Assembly: GCA_965644495.1 (NCBI GenBank)
Contig: CBFFSA010000007.1
Location: 124,001-188,000, forward strand
Origin: Perkinsela sp. CCAP 1560/9
Taxonomy: Eukaryota > Protista > Euglenozoa: Kinetoplastea
Length of the DNA stretch: 64,000 bases
Direction of reading: 5' to 3'
Below the pieces are notes generated by a model. The model was not told the origin of the DNA. It did not search any database and worked only from the letters and a program-made list of their open reading frames with translations. This document shows positions 33,001-43,183 of this stretch, piece by piece; positions within the stretch are counted from its first letter, which is position 1; every line of letters begins with the position of its first letter. The translations under genes were made by a program, and so were the position numbers.

Positions 33001-34035
33001 ATTCAAGATTGGTTGGGTGAGTGCGTGAAAAGAACAGCTGGAAGTCCCCGCTTCCCAGGAAAACCACTATTCAGTCTTTTGCTGAAAAGAAGAACTACAG
33101 AGGCAGTTGAGCTTTGTATTTCAATGTCAAAGCCCGAACTTGCGGCGATTCTTGCTGGGACTGGATACGGCGCCGTTAGTAACGCCACTGATTGTGCCCG
33201 TTCATATCTGAACGAAAAGTATGAAGAATTATCCGACGATCACAAATCATGTTTAAAGCTAGCCGCTGGAGATCTCGACGAACTTCTGGACGAATGTCAA
33301 TTTCAATATAAAGAGGGAAAGGTAAGACGAAATCCACTGGGAGCAGATTGGCATCATTTGCTGGGTGCCTACATGTGGTATTGTGCTCCCTGTTCTTGGT
33401 CTTTGCGGAAGTGTTTTTCTAGCTTTAGAGATGCCTTACGGAATTGTAAGGAACTCAAAAATGGTAGATATAATTCATTCGAGAGAGTAGTACCGCATTA
33501 CGCCTTTCTAGGAGATGTCTTGAGCGATTCTGGTAACGACTTTTCAATAAAAATTGCCAAGAGCGCAATGAAACGGAAGGATATTACGTATCTCTTGCTT
33601 CAGCATTTTTGTGAACAACAGCCCGATTTTTGGAACTATCTCTTGGTTCCTTTTTGCCACTCCCCTTATCCCTTGGATTACTTGTTGCCTACTATCATTG
33701 TTCTAGTTCTAAGGTCCAATTCTTGTGCCCCAGATCAAGTAGCAGATTCAATACTACTACGTTGCATTACACAACTGGAGCACCTACAAGCACATGATTG
33801 CAGTATGACATTGATGACACTTCTATGTAATGAAGAAATTCGACAAAAACAGAGCGAGGAGTATATTCTTCGTAATGCTACTTACTTTAATAAGAGAGAA
33901 GCCGGATCGATATATGATCTTGATGTAAATAGTCACGCGCAAGCCGATACTAGCGGTGTAACAACGACCGGGGTGCAGAGTAAAACTGTGGACGTGGTCA
34001 GAGAGGTACGGAGTGCAGTACACAACCGTATGTAG
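30019..34035 (+). CDS. NUP98: Nup98-Nup96 (Nup145/TbNup158-like) nucleoporin with WG repeat domain
   Basis: Low-complexity repeat N-terminus; APD-like PSLDEL...VPNFVIYR..VNFLEPVDLTGCTLDE; Nup96-like LFSLLL....EAVEL....LAAILA and DWHHLLGAYMWY. Confidence 0.85.
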   Translation: MSWGNPSGAWGGAPNPNPTPTGWGSTTSTTPGPTASPWGSSQPAQPSWGAPPTLGATKPAWGSSTTSSAPAPWSGLPTTATTTTPGSGSHPWGGVAPSAAVSSVPAPTPWGAQPPRAAPSPPLWGSAPTTGITATPAGMGSSPGNAWGSGGGRSSAPPSTGPGGWGTQLAGSAPTSGAGWGGSTSGGAPSSGTPGWGTAPGAPVKPAGAGATPWGSTSTGSSGTGGWGGMGGGVTGLGSTTTQTSPFGTASGTQPPAWGGGTGGLGTTGSGGSVATVSGWGAGPTQPAASSTLSTSGTSWGLGAKPATSSWSTTATSGVLSGTTPFGSSQTTLSSSTPGPSLGSSAPWAPTKPSAPWGGSGTSGSAWPSLGGSLQPSAVPAVPSFAPPASAPTGPVLDLVRHPYGNLLEASGEKLRAMSESKPLAHTQSIPRSLVTRSRSQVHRLPTHEKAKNQHSERQQTPLTLSTGHIPTLQIDAEALRRSASTVRVRRNVDTSSEEEFGAVKKLSLLTPQPRENHTPVCEPNERPTCVRAGGFPTLVDTTHIGILPSLDELQSRTPNSLKAVPNFVIYRKDGKLQVNFLEPVDLTGCTLDECVRLQSSGHVTFPPASSLQIPALVLVRGLIGLSQDDVQEKCFQDGNVFVDFLKENGTDTLVYLTNADSSYEIPDLYNRTNRYAINQVFPIQHDSFPGGDISSKELLPTALESNEEIKKAPVWSKTSKQTMNYDVFLPRKEADSKIRPFDGASARDLRDGYSVLYRPRAEAENAIDLHDHAYTPAERLSIPENFMSHADVSDFAETNSSEEQIWLEDIDFRTMEPDRDFSASISHDLIRNFSTESRALLKNVRGNWSKEGLLCIPSGAMLGRKHVQASSIYSMRSIATSFDVGDLVTAFSYIQSCTKPRDEFPSTASKRNVCFRTETTEGKNLLASLHALVTPKLHDYKNLSPEIALNDLLRETMEEAIGLLRSWFELEGSVCMEDKDYEETYNEGMRRQNIQDWLGECVKRTAGSPRFPGKPLFSLLLKRRTTEAVELCISMSKPELAAILAGTGYGAVSNATDCARSYLNEKYEELSDDHKSCLKLAAGDLDELLDECQFQYKEGKVRRNPLGADWHHLLGAYMWYCAPCSWSLRKCFSSFRDALRNCKELKNGRYNSFERVVPHYAFLGDVLSDSGNDFSIKIAKSAMKRKDITYLLLQHFCEQQPDFWNYLLVPFCHSPYPLDYLLPTIIVLVLRSNSCAPDQVADSILLRCITQLEHLQAHDCSMTLMTLLCNEEIRQKQSEEYILRNATYFNKREAGSIYDLDVNSHAQADTSGVTTTGVQSKTVDVVREVRSAVHNRM

Positions 34036-34482
34036 TTATCAAAGTCGTCCAACAAATGACTAGTATACAATGTATCTAATGATAATCTTATGCTCTCCGG
34101 GCACTGCATTCCGTCAAAAGTTGAACGGTAAGAGATTTAACAGTTTCCATTTTTTGTAATTTTATTGCACAGTGTGTGCCGTAAAAATGCAACCTTTCAT
34201 ACACATGAAGGGCATTTTTATTGTAATAGACAACTTGAACGATGCCGACCTTTGAAAACACTGAGAAAAACACGAAGAAACATCCAAGTCACCTAAAATG
34301 AACTATCAACGCTATTTAAATTCACCATTCCGGCCGCAATGCTTTTTGATGTAACATGTACAGCTTATTTGTTCGACGCGTCCTCGAACCTGTCTTCAGT
34401 GTTTTGTACTTAATTTCACATATTTTTTATTTGTTCCTTTTCCACAGAATTCTGCTGCACTGCATTCCGTGATCAAATTTCA

Positions 34483-35586
34483 ATGACCGCAAGGAAGAGC
34501 AACAGAGACCAAGAGACTAAAAATTCTTCTACACTCGGAGTTGGTGAAGCTCGCGCATTTGCAGAAGATTGTTTGAAGAACGAAAAGTTTGATGAGGCCA
34601 AGAGGGCGTACGAGTACATTATTTTGCAGGAGCCTACTTGTCATGAGACAATGGAGGCCCTTGCTGATCTATTTCAGTATGAATTTGGTGATTTCAAGGA
34701 AGCGCAAAAATATTACGAGAAAGCGATACTACTGAGTCCAGAAAATGGTGCCGAGAAGTATATGAACTATGCAGAATTGCTGTGTCAAGTACCTTCCACA
34801 ACTCCCATGAGAAAACAAAGGGGTTCACAACCACAACGTACCCCAGAGGCCTTATTTCAAAAAGGAATTGACCTTTGCGAAAAACTTGCTAAGGATTTGA
34901 ACACCGAGAGTAGGGACAGCGCAGTCGAAGAGGCTAGAAAAGCTGTGCAGGGTGTTGTTGCGCTCATAGAGTATTTTCTTAGCAAGTGGGAAAAGAACGA
35001 TGCAGCGATAGGTCTCAAGCAAAAAATACCAACACAACAGCATGGTGTGAAAATCACGAACCTTCTGGAATACGCAGAGCGTTTAGCTGAAACCTATGAG
35101 TGCTCGAGGACAGAGATTGCAAGACTTTCGGCACTGTATTGGGGGCTATGCGCTACTCCAAGTGACAGTGCCCTTGAGAACTGTCGGCACCATAGCCTTA
35201 TATTCCTGAAACATCTTCCCGAAACTATGGATATCGAACGTCCAAGCTTTGGTACAATTTTCGAGTTCGTACGAGATATTTTACTTGGCAGACTGAATAT
35301 GTATGAGGAGGCATGGAATACCACACTTGATCTCAACTTGGAAGATGAACTTAATATTGATGTTTACGAGTTGCTTGCACTAATTCGTCTTCGTGCAGGA
35401 TGCCCAGTTCATGCTATTGATATTATTAAGTATAGTAAGCAGATGCTGGAAGAATCTAGTGATGAACAAGGATCGGATTGTTACGTAATTGATGAAGCAA
35501 CGAAGGAGTTAAAGAAAAGAGGGCTTACTTATGACTGGGAGACCAATGTGGAACTTAACCCCTTGGAGTGTCTCCGAGAATCCTAG
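34483..35586 (+). CDS. TPR protein, ACL4-like (uL4 assembly chaperone)
   Basis: TPR helices; KAILLSPENGAEKYMNYAEL..FQKGI. Confidence 0.6.
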   Translation: MTARKSNRDQETKNSSTLGVGEARAFAEDCLKNEKFDEAKRAYEYIILQEPTCHETMEALADLFQYEFGDFKEAQKYYEKAILLSPENGAEKYMNYAELLCQVPSTTPMRKQRGSQPQRTPEALFQKGIDLCEKLAKDLNTESRDSAVEEARKAVQGVVALIEYFLSKWEKNDAAIGLKQKIPTQQHGVKITNLLEYAERLAETYECSRTEIARLSALYWGLCATPSDSALENCRHHSLIFLKHLPETMDIERPSFGTIFEFVRDILLGRLNMYEEAWNTTLDLNLEDELNIDVYELLALIRLRAGCPVHAIDIIKYSKQMLEESSDEQGSDCYVIDEATKELKKRGLTYDWETNVELNPLECLRES

Positions 35587-35755
35587 ACGAGCCCCATATT
35601 CCTTTTTGCTTTATATCAAGATTTTTTTCTTAGCCTAACGTAAGCACCATTTTTCTTTATGCTAGGATCATTTGCAGAAATGTTTTGCAGTTCTAGTATT
35701 GTTTTAGTGTTGCAGACTTAGCGCAATTTACGTTTTGTAGTTTTAGAAATTATTG

Positions 35756-38700
35756 ATGGCACCGCAGCGCCATCTCGTACTGCAGAAGCAATTTTACTTT
35801 GAAACATATTTTACTACCATTTTCATACGATCAGCGTTATCAATGAAACAAGGAAAGATGAGATTTCCTCTTGAGGCAGTTCATTGCAGACCCAAAGTGA
35901 GAAGTGCGCTATATTCGAATGACCTTGAAATGCAAGTTCTGGACTGTACACAATACATTAGGCCGCCAAGTCCTGGGATTTCCGTAGTTTCCCATATCGA
36001 AGTTCCAGTTATCCGCCTATACGGGTGTACCATGAGTGGCCACTCGGTTCTTTTGCATGTATATAATTTTGAGCCATATCTTTGGATCGAAGCCCCTCCC
36101 CAATGGAACGCTTCACAGCATATGGAGTATTTTCGGCAATCGCTCAATACCATGTTGGCGCCTCAGACGCGTTCTCCCGGAACCATCGTTCGAATTGAAG
36201 AACATGAGAGGGATTCCCTGCTCTACCACTCCGTGTCTGAAAACTCGAAAAAGAGTTTTCTAAAGCTTGTGTGTCAGCTTCCCGGACAAATACCAAAGGT
36301 GCGCACTGCAGTCGAAGGTGCATTGACCCTGCCACGATTGTGGAACGGCCAAAGGAATTTTCTCACATATGAGTCGAATGTACTGTTTCCTCTTCGTTTT
36401 CTTGTTGATTTGGACATTGGCGGCAGTAGTTGGGTACGAATACCGAAAGGAAAATTCCGCGAGACGCAGCCTCGCGTATCAAACTGCCAAGTTGAACTGG
36501 ATGTCTCACAATCAGTTATTGAGTCCTTCGAGGCTACGGGCGAGTGGATGAAAATAGCCCCCTTTCGTATATTATCTCTTGATATCGAATGTCAGGGACG
36601 AAAAGGGTATTTTCCGGAAGCAAGTCGAGATCCAGTCATTCAGATTGCAGTACATGGTACAACAGCCCATGGAACAGGGCATCGATCCTCAGAAGAGACT
36701 GCTGAAGAGAATGAATCCTTTGATGACGAACAAGTTGCGTGTAACAAAGTGTTCACCTTGGGATCTTGCGCCAGTATCGCCAGTTGTCATGTTCACAGCT
36801 ATGAGAATGAAAAAGACATGCTGATTGCCTTTTCAGACTTTTTGTCTACGTATGACCCAGATTTCCTCACGGGGTATAACATTTCGAACTTTGATTTTCC
36901 GTACCTTATGGAGCGAGCAACAACACTGCAAATTGCTAGCCGTTTTAGTACATGGGGTAGAATTCTTGACGAACGGACAAGCGTCAGGGACAAGTCGTTT
37001 AGCTCCAAACAGCAAGGAAACCGTGTCTATAAGGAATTAATCTGCGATGGACGTATTGTGCTGGATGTTATGCTATGTGTTCAACGAGACTACAAATTGC
37101 GATCATACTCGCTAAACAGTGTTTCACAGTCTTTTCTTGGAGAACAAAAGGAAGACGTTCACCATTCTATTATCTCTGATTTGCAGAACGGAAATGAGGA
37201 AACTCGCCGACGTTTAGCGGTTTACTGTCTAAAAGATGCGGTACTTCCTGTTCGGCTAATTGAAAAGCTAATGTTGCTTATCAATAACATTGAAATGGCT
37301 CGAGTTTCCGGAGTTCCCATAGGCTGGCTTCTAGAGCGGGGACAGCAAATTAAGGTTTTTTCACAGATGTTACGCAAGGCGCAGAAAAAGCAATTGCTCT
37401 TTCCTGCAGTTGAGAGATACACCCCTAGCGAAGAAGGAGTTGGTTTTGAAGGTGCTACGGTGATTGAACCTAAACGTGGTTACTACGAAGAACCGATTGC
37501 GACACTCGATTTCGCTTCTCTGTACCCCTCCATTATGATGGCTTATAACTTGTGCTACTCCACATTGGTTCGTCCTTCTGAAGTAGGAAAGTTGCCATCC
37601 GATTCCTATACGACAACTCCATCTGGGCATGTGTTTGTCAAGCCGGAGCGATTCCGAGGTATCCTGCCCCAAATATTAGAAGAATTTCTCACTGCGAGAA
37701 AGGCAGCAAAAGCGGCCATGAAACATGCTACGACCCCTCTTGAACACGCAGTGTTAAATGGGCGACAACTAGCTCTCAAAATCAGTGCCAATAGCGTGTA
37801 CGGTTTTACCGGTGCGCAAGTAGGTAAGTTACCATGTCTTGAAATCAGTTCCTCAGTAACTTCTTATGGGCGCACAATGATAGAAAAAACTAAGGAACTT
37901 GTAGAGCAACACTATAGTACTGCAGAAGGTTATGAGAAAGATGCACAAGTTATTTACGGTGATACAGATTCCGTGATGGTAAATTTTCGGGCATCCGATT
38001 CCTCAGCTTCTGACTGCGTAAAACTGGAGAAGTCGATGAAATTAGGCAAAGAGGCCGCGTCACTGGTAACAAGCAATTTTCCTTCTCCAATTAAACTGGA
38101 ATTCGAAAAAGTATACTTTCCGTACATGTTGATGAATAAGAAACGGTACGCTGGTCTTCTGTGGACTCAACCGGATAAGTACGATAAGCTGGATGTTAAA
38201 GGGATTGAAGCCGTTCGACGTGACAATTGTCCTCTAGTTGCTAATATCGTAAGCACCGTTCTGAATCGAATACTCATCGAACGAAGCATACCTCGTGCAG
38301 TTGACTTCGTGAAGAAAACTATCAGCGACATGCTAATGAATCGTCTTGACATTTCACACCTTGTGATATCGAAAACATTCTCAAAAGCCGAAGATGAATA
38401 CGTAGCGAAACAGGCTCATATAGCTTTGGTCGAAAGAATGCGCAAAAGAGATCCAGCTACAGCTCCCGTTGTTGGCGATCGTGTAGCATATGTCATTGTC
38501 AAAGGTCCGAAGGGAGCGAAAGCGTATGAAAAATCGGAGGACCCTCTTTATGTTCTAGAGCACAATATTGCCATTGACGCGAATCACTATTTGGAGCATC
38601 AGCTTGCTCTGCCGTTGCAAAGACTTTTTGAAGGAATTATAGACAAACCCGAATCGCTTGTGAATGGAGATCATACCCGGCACATATCTGTCAGTACGCC

Positions 38701-39037
38701 AAGCAAGGCAGCCGGGGGTATTATGAAGTTTGCTAAAGTTAATTTACAGTGCCTGGCTTGCCGTACCGCGATGAAGCCAGGTGAAAAGGGTGCTGTTTGT
38801 AAAGCTTGCGAGCCCATCGCGTCAGAGGTCTACTTACGCATACTTGAAAAACGAAATCATTATGAAACTATGTTCGGTCGGGTTTGGACGCAGTGTCAAC
38901 GTTGCCAAGGCTCTCTACACCAGGAGGTGCTGTGTACCAGTAGGGATTGTCCAGTCTTCTACATGCGAAAAAAAGTTCAGTCAGTGCTAAAGGAGGAGCA
39001 ATCCTTCCTGGATCGATTCGGACACGTTGAGTGGTAA
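35756..39037 (+). CDS. POLD1: DNA polymerase delta catalytic subunit (true start may be 35843)
   Basis: Exo DIEC; LDFASLYPSIM, KISANSVYGFTG, YGDTDS; C-terminal CysA and CysB. Confidence 0.98.
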   Translation: MAPQRHLVLQKQFYFETYFTTIFIRSALSMKQGKMRFPLEAVHCRPKVRSALYSNDLEMQVLDCTQYIRPPSPGISVVSHIEVPVIRLYGCTMSGHSVLLHVYNFEPYLWIEAPPQWNASQHMEYFRQSLNTMLAPQTRSPGTIVRIEEHERDSLLYHSVSENSKKSFLKLVCQLPGQIPKVRTAVEGALTLPRLWNGQRNFLTYESNVLFPLRFLVDLDIGGSSWVRIPKGKFRETQPRVSNCQVELDVSQSVIESFEATGEWMKIAPFRILSLDIECQGRKGYFPEASRDPVIQIAVHGTTAHGTGHRSSEETAEENESFDDEQVACNKVFTLGSCASIASCHVHSYENEKDMLIAFSDFLSTYDPDFLTGYNISNFDFPYLMERATTLQIASRFSTWGRILDERTSVRDKSFSSKQQGNRVYKELICDGRIVLDVMLCVQRDYKLRSYSLNSVSQSFLGEQKEDVHHSIISDLQNGNEETRRRLAVYCLKDAVLPVRLIEKLMLLINNIEMARVSGVPIGWLLERGQQIKVFSQMLRKAQKKQLLFPAVERYTPSEEGVGFEGATVIEPKRGYYEEPIATLDFASLYPSIMMAYNLCYSTLVRPSEVGKLPSDSYTTTPSGHVFVKPERFRGILPQILEEFLTARKAAKAAMKHATTPLEHAVLNGRQLALKISANSVYGFTGAQVGKLPCLEISSSVTSYGRTMIEKTKELVEQHYSTAEGYEKDAQVIYGDTDSVMVNFRASDSSASDCVKLEKSMKLGKEAASLVTSNFPSPIKLEFEKVYFPYMLMNKKRYAGLLWTQPDKYDKLDVKGIEAVRRDNCPLVANIVSTVLNRILIERSIPRAVDFVKKTISDMLMNRLDISHLVISKTFSKAEDEYVAKQAHIALVERMRKRDPATAPVVGDRVAYVIVKGPKGAKAYEKSEDPLYVLEHNIAIDANHYLEHQLALPLQRLFEGIIDKPESLVNGDHTRHISVSTPSKAAGGIMKFAKVNLQCLACRTAMKPGEKGAVCKACEPIASEVYLRILEKRNHYETMFGRVWTQCQRCQGSLHQEVLCTSRDCPVFYMRKKVQSVLKEEQSFLDRFGHVEW

Positions 39038-39485
39038 ACACATATTGGTGTCTTAAAAAATCAATTTTGGACCACCGGAAACATATTGCCTTTGTCTGAT
39101 GTTTATTCCCCGATGACCGTAACGAAAAAATATAACAGAAGTTGAGCTTGAGTACATTGTGCGTATATTTCGAGCTCTCAGGTGCATAGTAGCTAGACCT
39201 AGTAGCTGTTTATTCTATACAGTGTATATAGAAGCGCGACCATTAGAACGTACAAGACAAATTCTGAACAAATATCATCTTGTGAAAGATTGGAGATAAT
39301 GTATTCGGTTGATAGACTAAATCGAAAATAGAACTACAACGTACGAATTCGATTCGCATACTTAATTTGCGTATGAGGATTTTCTATATTTTGTTTTGTG
39401 ACATTCAGCGGATCGAAACTTTGTGGTTATTTTTTTCTTGACAGGAACACAATGCCTGGTGTGGCTTAACAGTCTTTCAAGTGCT

Positions 39486-40331
39486 ATGGCTAGACCGAAG
39501 AAACCGAGAAACTCCTCTGAGACCGCCCAGCTAGCAGCAAGGCTTGAAAGCGATTCTTGTGAAAAATATTTCCAGGAAATCAACCTCTTGATACCTACTC
39601 CACATCGTCGTCGTATCGTTATCGGCAGTGTTGCGGAATGGTTGGGAGATGATGCAAAGACAACTGTCACCCACAACTGGGTGTGTTACGTGCGAGCTGG
39701 TACAGACGAGGACCCAACTCTTCAGTACATATCGTCGGTCCGTTTCCGAATGCACGAGTCTGTCCCTAACCCGATTCGTGTGATTGCCTCCCCTGGTCCT
39801 TATGAGGTCCAGGAACAGGCCTGGGGAGAATTCGAGATTCATATTGACATATTCTTTGTCGATGCAACAGTTCCTCCCTACGAGACGTGTCACATGCTAC
39901 GTCTTCGAAGTCCACCAACGCATGACCCTATATCTTTTTTTCCTTCCCCAGAATCGGGAGTGAAAACGACTACACCGGAAGATGTGGAAATTTATGATTC
40001 GGCGTTGAAGTATTCTCTAGATCCCGTTGTTTCTGAATTTCATGACGAATTGTTGTTCATTAAGCCTTCGGCAATTCTTCTTAAGGCTTTAAATAGTGAA
40101 AGACAGATGCAAAAGAGACAAACGGAGGATGTTAAATCGAATTTCCTGGCACTACAAGAGCGGGAGGCGTCATATGTCAAGTCCTTGTTGGACTCCGTAA
40201 ACGATGAGGTAATCATGCTTTTACAACAGTCTGAATCTACTTTCCAATCATTTGAGACACTTCGCGGAGAATTCGACAAAGGCTTGCAGGATTTGGAAGG
40301 GAGGCTGCAGTATCCGCAACTAAACACATGA
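39486..40331 (+). CDS. YEATS-domain protein (Yaf9/GAS41-like)
   Basis: THNWVCYVR, VRFRMHESVPNPIRV, PYEVQEQAWGEFEI; C-terminal coiled coil. Confidence 0.88.
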   Translation: MARPKKPRNSSETAQLAARLESDSCEKYFQEINLLIPTPHRRRIVIGSVAEWLGDDAKTTVTHNWVCYVRAGTDEDPTLQYISSVRFRMHESVPNPIRVIASPGPYEVQEQAWGEFEIHIDIFFVDATVPPYETCHMLRLRSPPTHDPISFFPSPESGVKTTTPEDVEIYDSALKYSLDPVVSEFHDELLFIKPSAILLKALNSERQMQKRQTEDVKSNFLALQEREASYVKSLLDSVNDEVIMLLQQSESTFQSFETLRGEFDKGLQDLEGRLQYPQLNT

Positions 40332-40636
40332 TCAACATTCCGAGCTGGTCTCCGCAAGATTCATTTAAGACCGTAATACAAACGCAACCATGTTTTCTTC
40401 AGTGGCATATTTCTAGAAAAATCGAAAATTGTTCTTTACCTAGTTCTTCGTGTGCCTTCACCCAAAGGGATTGGTAAGCTGCCCAGAAAGGAGAACCTAT
40501 ACTTGACAAACCCCATAAGAAATCGTGTTGTATTGTGTAATGTCTCTCTTCATTCATATATTTTCTGTTTGTATTGATTCTCTTGTTTTCTATCGAAATA
40601 TGGTCATTGATTTTGATACCGAAATATTACTAGATC

Positions 40637-41938
40637 ATGGAAAAATTACCAGGAACGTCATCGTGGCGCCCGATTTTTGATTGGTGTCGCAAAACATTGC
40701 GTTGCCACCCGCGGTACGAGATGAGAAATTCGATCGGATTGCCCAACACTCTGGTTGACCCTTTTCAACTGAATTCAGCCACCATTCGAGTCTTGCGAGA
40801 GACCAAATCTATGATACAAAGACTTGGAGGCTATTGCTTGCCATCTCCACTTTCAAAGACTTCCACAAACCGCTTTTCAGACCACGCGCAACATGCTCAG
40901 CTGCCGGTGAACTATACCACTATATGCTCCTGGAACTGCTTACAAGATTTGCAGTCATTTCGCAAAGCAGTTGGCATTGACCTGCCGGTCGATTACACTA
41001 CGGAGGAGCTTGCAGCCACACATGTGACAGATCTGCATGCTCAATGCGCAGCAAGTGGTCTTGCTCCGGGGGCTTTTATAGGGACTATGAATTCAATCCC
41101 TTACCAATATGGATCTCAGGGCACATGGGACGGTATATCGCATGTTTTACTGCCCGGAGTTTCCCGAGAAAGATTGGCTCGTTCAAAAATAGTATTTCTT
41201 GCTTGTGACGGTGTTCTTTTTTCCGAAAAAGCAAGAAATTTTATTAAACATATTTCTCATCAGCACACAGGCAAACTTAGACTTCCTTCGAAAATTTGTT
41301 CTCTTCCGCATCGATTGCTTGAACATTTAATATGTTCTCCAAGATATAGCAGCAAAAGCTTGCTGTTAAAAAACGTTTATTACAATCATGCACTTTACGA
41401 ATGGCAAAAATACGATCCTGACATACATTTTGTGATGATTGATCATCTGCAATGGTTTGATGCTGAATGCTTCCGGGACTTACTTTTGTACCCTCTTCGT
41501 GTTGTTGGCTCCGTTGGACATGGCGCTCGGCTTCGCGGAGTCCTGGCATGGCTAAAGCAAGTCATGGGTGCTCATCTCGGAATAGAAAATGTCAAGTTTA
41601 TTATTTTAGATGCCGTCGAAGCACCATACTTTAAGCATAGATTGTCCTCATTTAATGATAACAGAATTCGTGAACGGGAGGGTATTTGCCTTCCCCGACC
41701 CTTATTTACGGTTAAAGGGGGGTCTTTTTTGGTGAAAAACCTGGAGCCGGTGCAACGGCTTTTAGAAAATTCTCGGTATTCTACCTCCCTTGAAACGGTT
41801 TTGGAACAAAACGATATTCAGGAGAACTGTAAATCGTTTTGGAAAAGTACTAATTATGATTTGGAAGTGGAGCCAGACAAACCCCCGGAGCACTTCAGAA
41901 TCCTTACAAACCGTAAGACCCAGGCTAAAAATATGTAG
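40637..41938 (+). CDS. hypothetical protein, 433 aa
   Basis: Long ATG ORF on the coding strand after a pyrimidine-rich spacer; no family recognised. Confidence 0.7.
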   Translation: MEKLPGTSSWRPIFDWCRKTLRCHPRYEMRNSIGLPNTLVDPFQLNSATIRVLRETKSMIQRLGGYCLPSPLSKTSTNRFSDHAQHAQLPVNYTTICSWNCLQDLQSFRKAVGIDLPVDYTTEELAATHVTDLHAQCAASGLAPGAFIGTMNSIPYQYGSQGTWDGISHVLLPGVSRERLARSKIVFLACDGVLFSEKARNFIKHISHQHTGKLRLPSKICSLPHRLLEHLICSPRYSSKSLLLKNVYYNHALYEWQKYDPDIHFVMIDHLQWFDAECFRDLLLYPLRVVGSVGHGARLRGVLAWLKQVMGAHLGIENVKFIILDAVEAPYFKHRLSSFNDNRIREREGICLPRPLFTVKGGSFLVKNLEPVQRLLENSRYSTSLETVLEQNDIQENCKSFWKSTNYDLEVEPDKPPEHFRILTNRKTQAKNM

Positions 41939-42295
41939 CATGTTCTACGGGAAAGCAGAAACGGAATGACTGAAGGAATCATCCTTTGTTGCAACTGTAA
42001 ACTTTATTTTCTTAAATAGATGTGACATTATGTAGTATATAACTTGCCGTGTTATATTTTCCCATTTTTTGTGAAACAGATGAAGAGAATTCACTCAGAC
42101 TTTTTCTTTCGTCGCAAATACAATACATTCGTTGTATAATATAGCTTTTTATTTTTCACTTTCTTAGCTTGCCAATTCACATTCTTTTATGTTTTTTCCA
42201 GACGTGAAGTTTATCTCAACGTCACATTAGGTATAATTTCTTCAAGGGAGGTTTCATACTGTCATTACTAAATCAGTGTCCCACTTACCATATTA

Positions 42296-42938
42296 CTCCC
42301 CTCCCTATCCTAGCGTTGCCCCGGTACCCCCCCTCCTAGCGTTGCTTTTGAGGATAACTAATCCTGCCGCGAAGCGGCAGATTTTTTTTTTCGTTCTTTT
42401 TTTTCCGAGTTTTATATTCATGAAGACATTTTTTTATCGATTTTAATAATTTATCAATCCCATGCTATTACTGTCATTAGCCATTAGTCTCACTATATTA
42501 CCATCTTAGAATCGTCATCGACATGTCTAGAGATTCACTTGAAAATCGTGGCCCGATGAGCAAGTACATTATTCGAAATCTCCCATTGCCAAGAATCGGA
42601 GGCGTTGCAAGTGAGATTACTTCTACTACAATCCCAGCAACGGTACCCTTTTCCACTGAGGCGCTAGGATGCAAACCCTCAAAAATACTGACCATGCAAG
42701 AAAAACTCGTCGTTTGCAGATCTTCACTATCTACGAAGGAATTGAGCGAGAAATATGGCACTTCCACACAAAGCATTAGAAAAATAAAAGAAGTGGGTGA
42801 AAAGGAATATCAGGCGCGTGTCAACCGGGATGGCAAGAACCGAAAGCGAGATTATTGGGCCCCTGGTTTTTACCCCCCCCCCCCTCCTAGCGTTGCTTTT
42901 CACCAAAACCAGGCAACGCTAGGATAGGGGGGGGGGAG
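42296..42938. mobile_element. TA-TSD MITE, 643 bp, CTCCC termini, with HTH-like ORF remnant
   Basis: TA|ctcccctccctatcctagcgttgcc ... ggcaacgctaggataggggggggggag|TA; internal direct repeat cccctcctagcgttgctttt. Confidence 0.9.
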
Positions 42939-43183
42939 TACGAAGGTATAGGTACAGGGGTTTCAGTTGATCCCCTCACGGAAACAGGGGTTCTACAGGG
43001 ATTTTTTTACGAAGTGATCAACATTAGATTTATTCAATATTCACGTTATTAACTTTTTCATTTACCTTAGAATACTTTAACCACAGTATTCTTTTCCGCA
43101 TATTGTTTTTTCTTGCTGGAGCTCGCATCTTTTGATTTTATCGTTTCATCGCCTTCCTTTCACCGCCCAACTTCAAAACAAAA

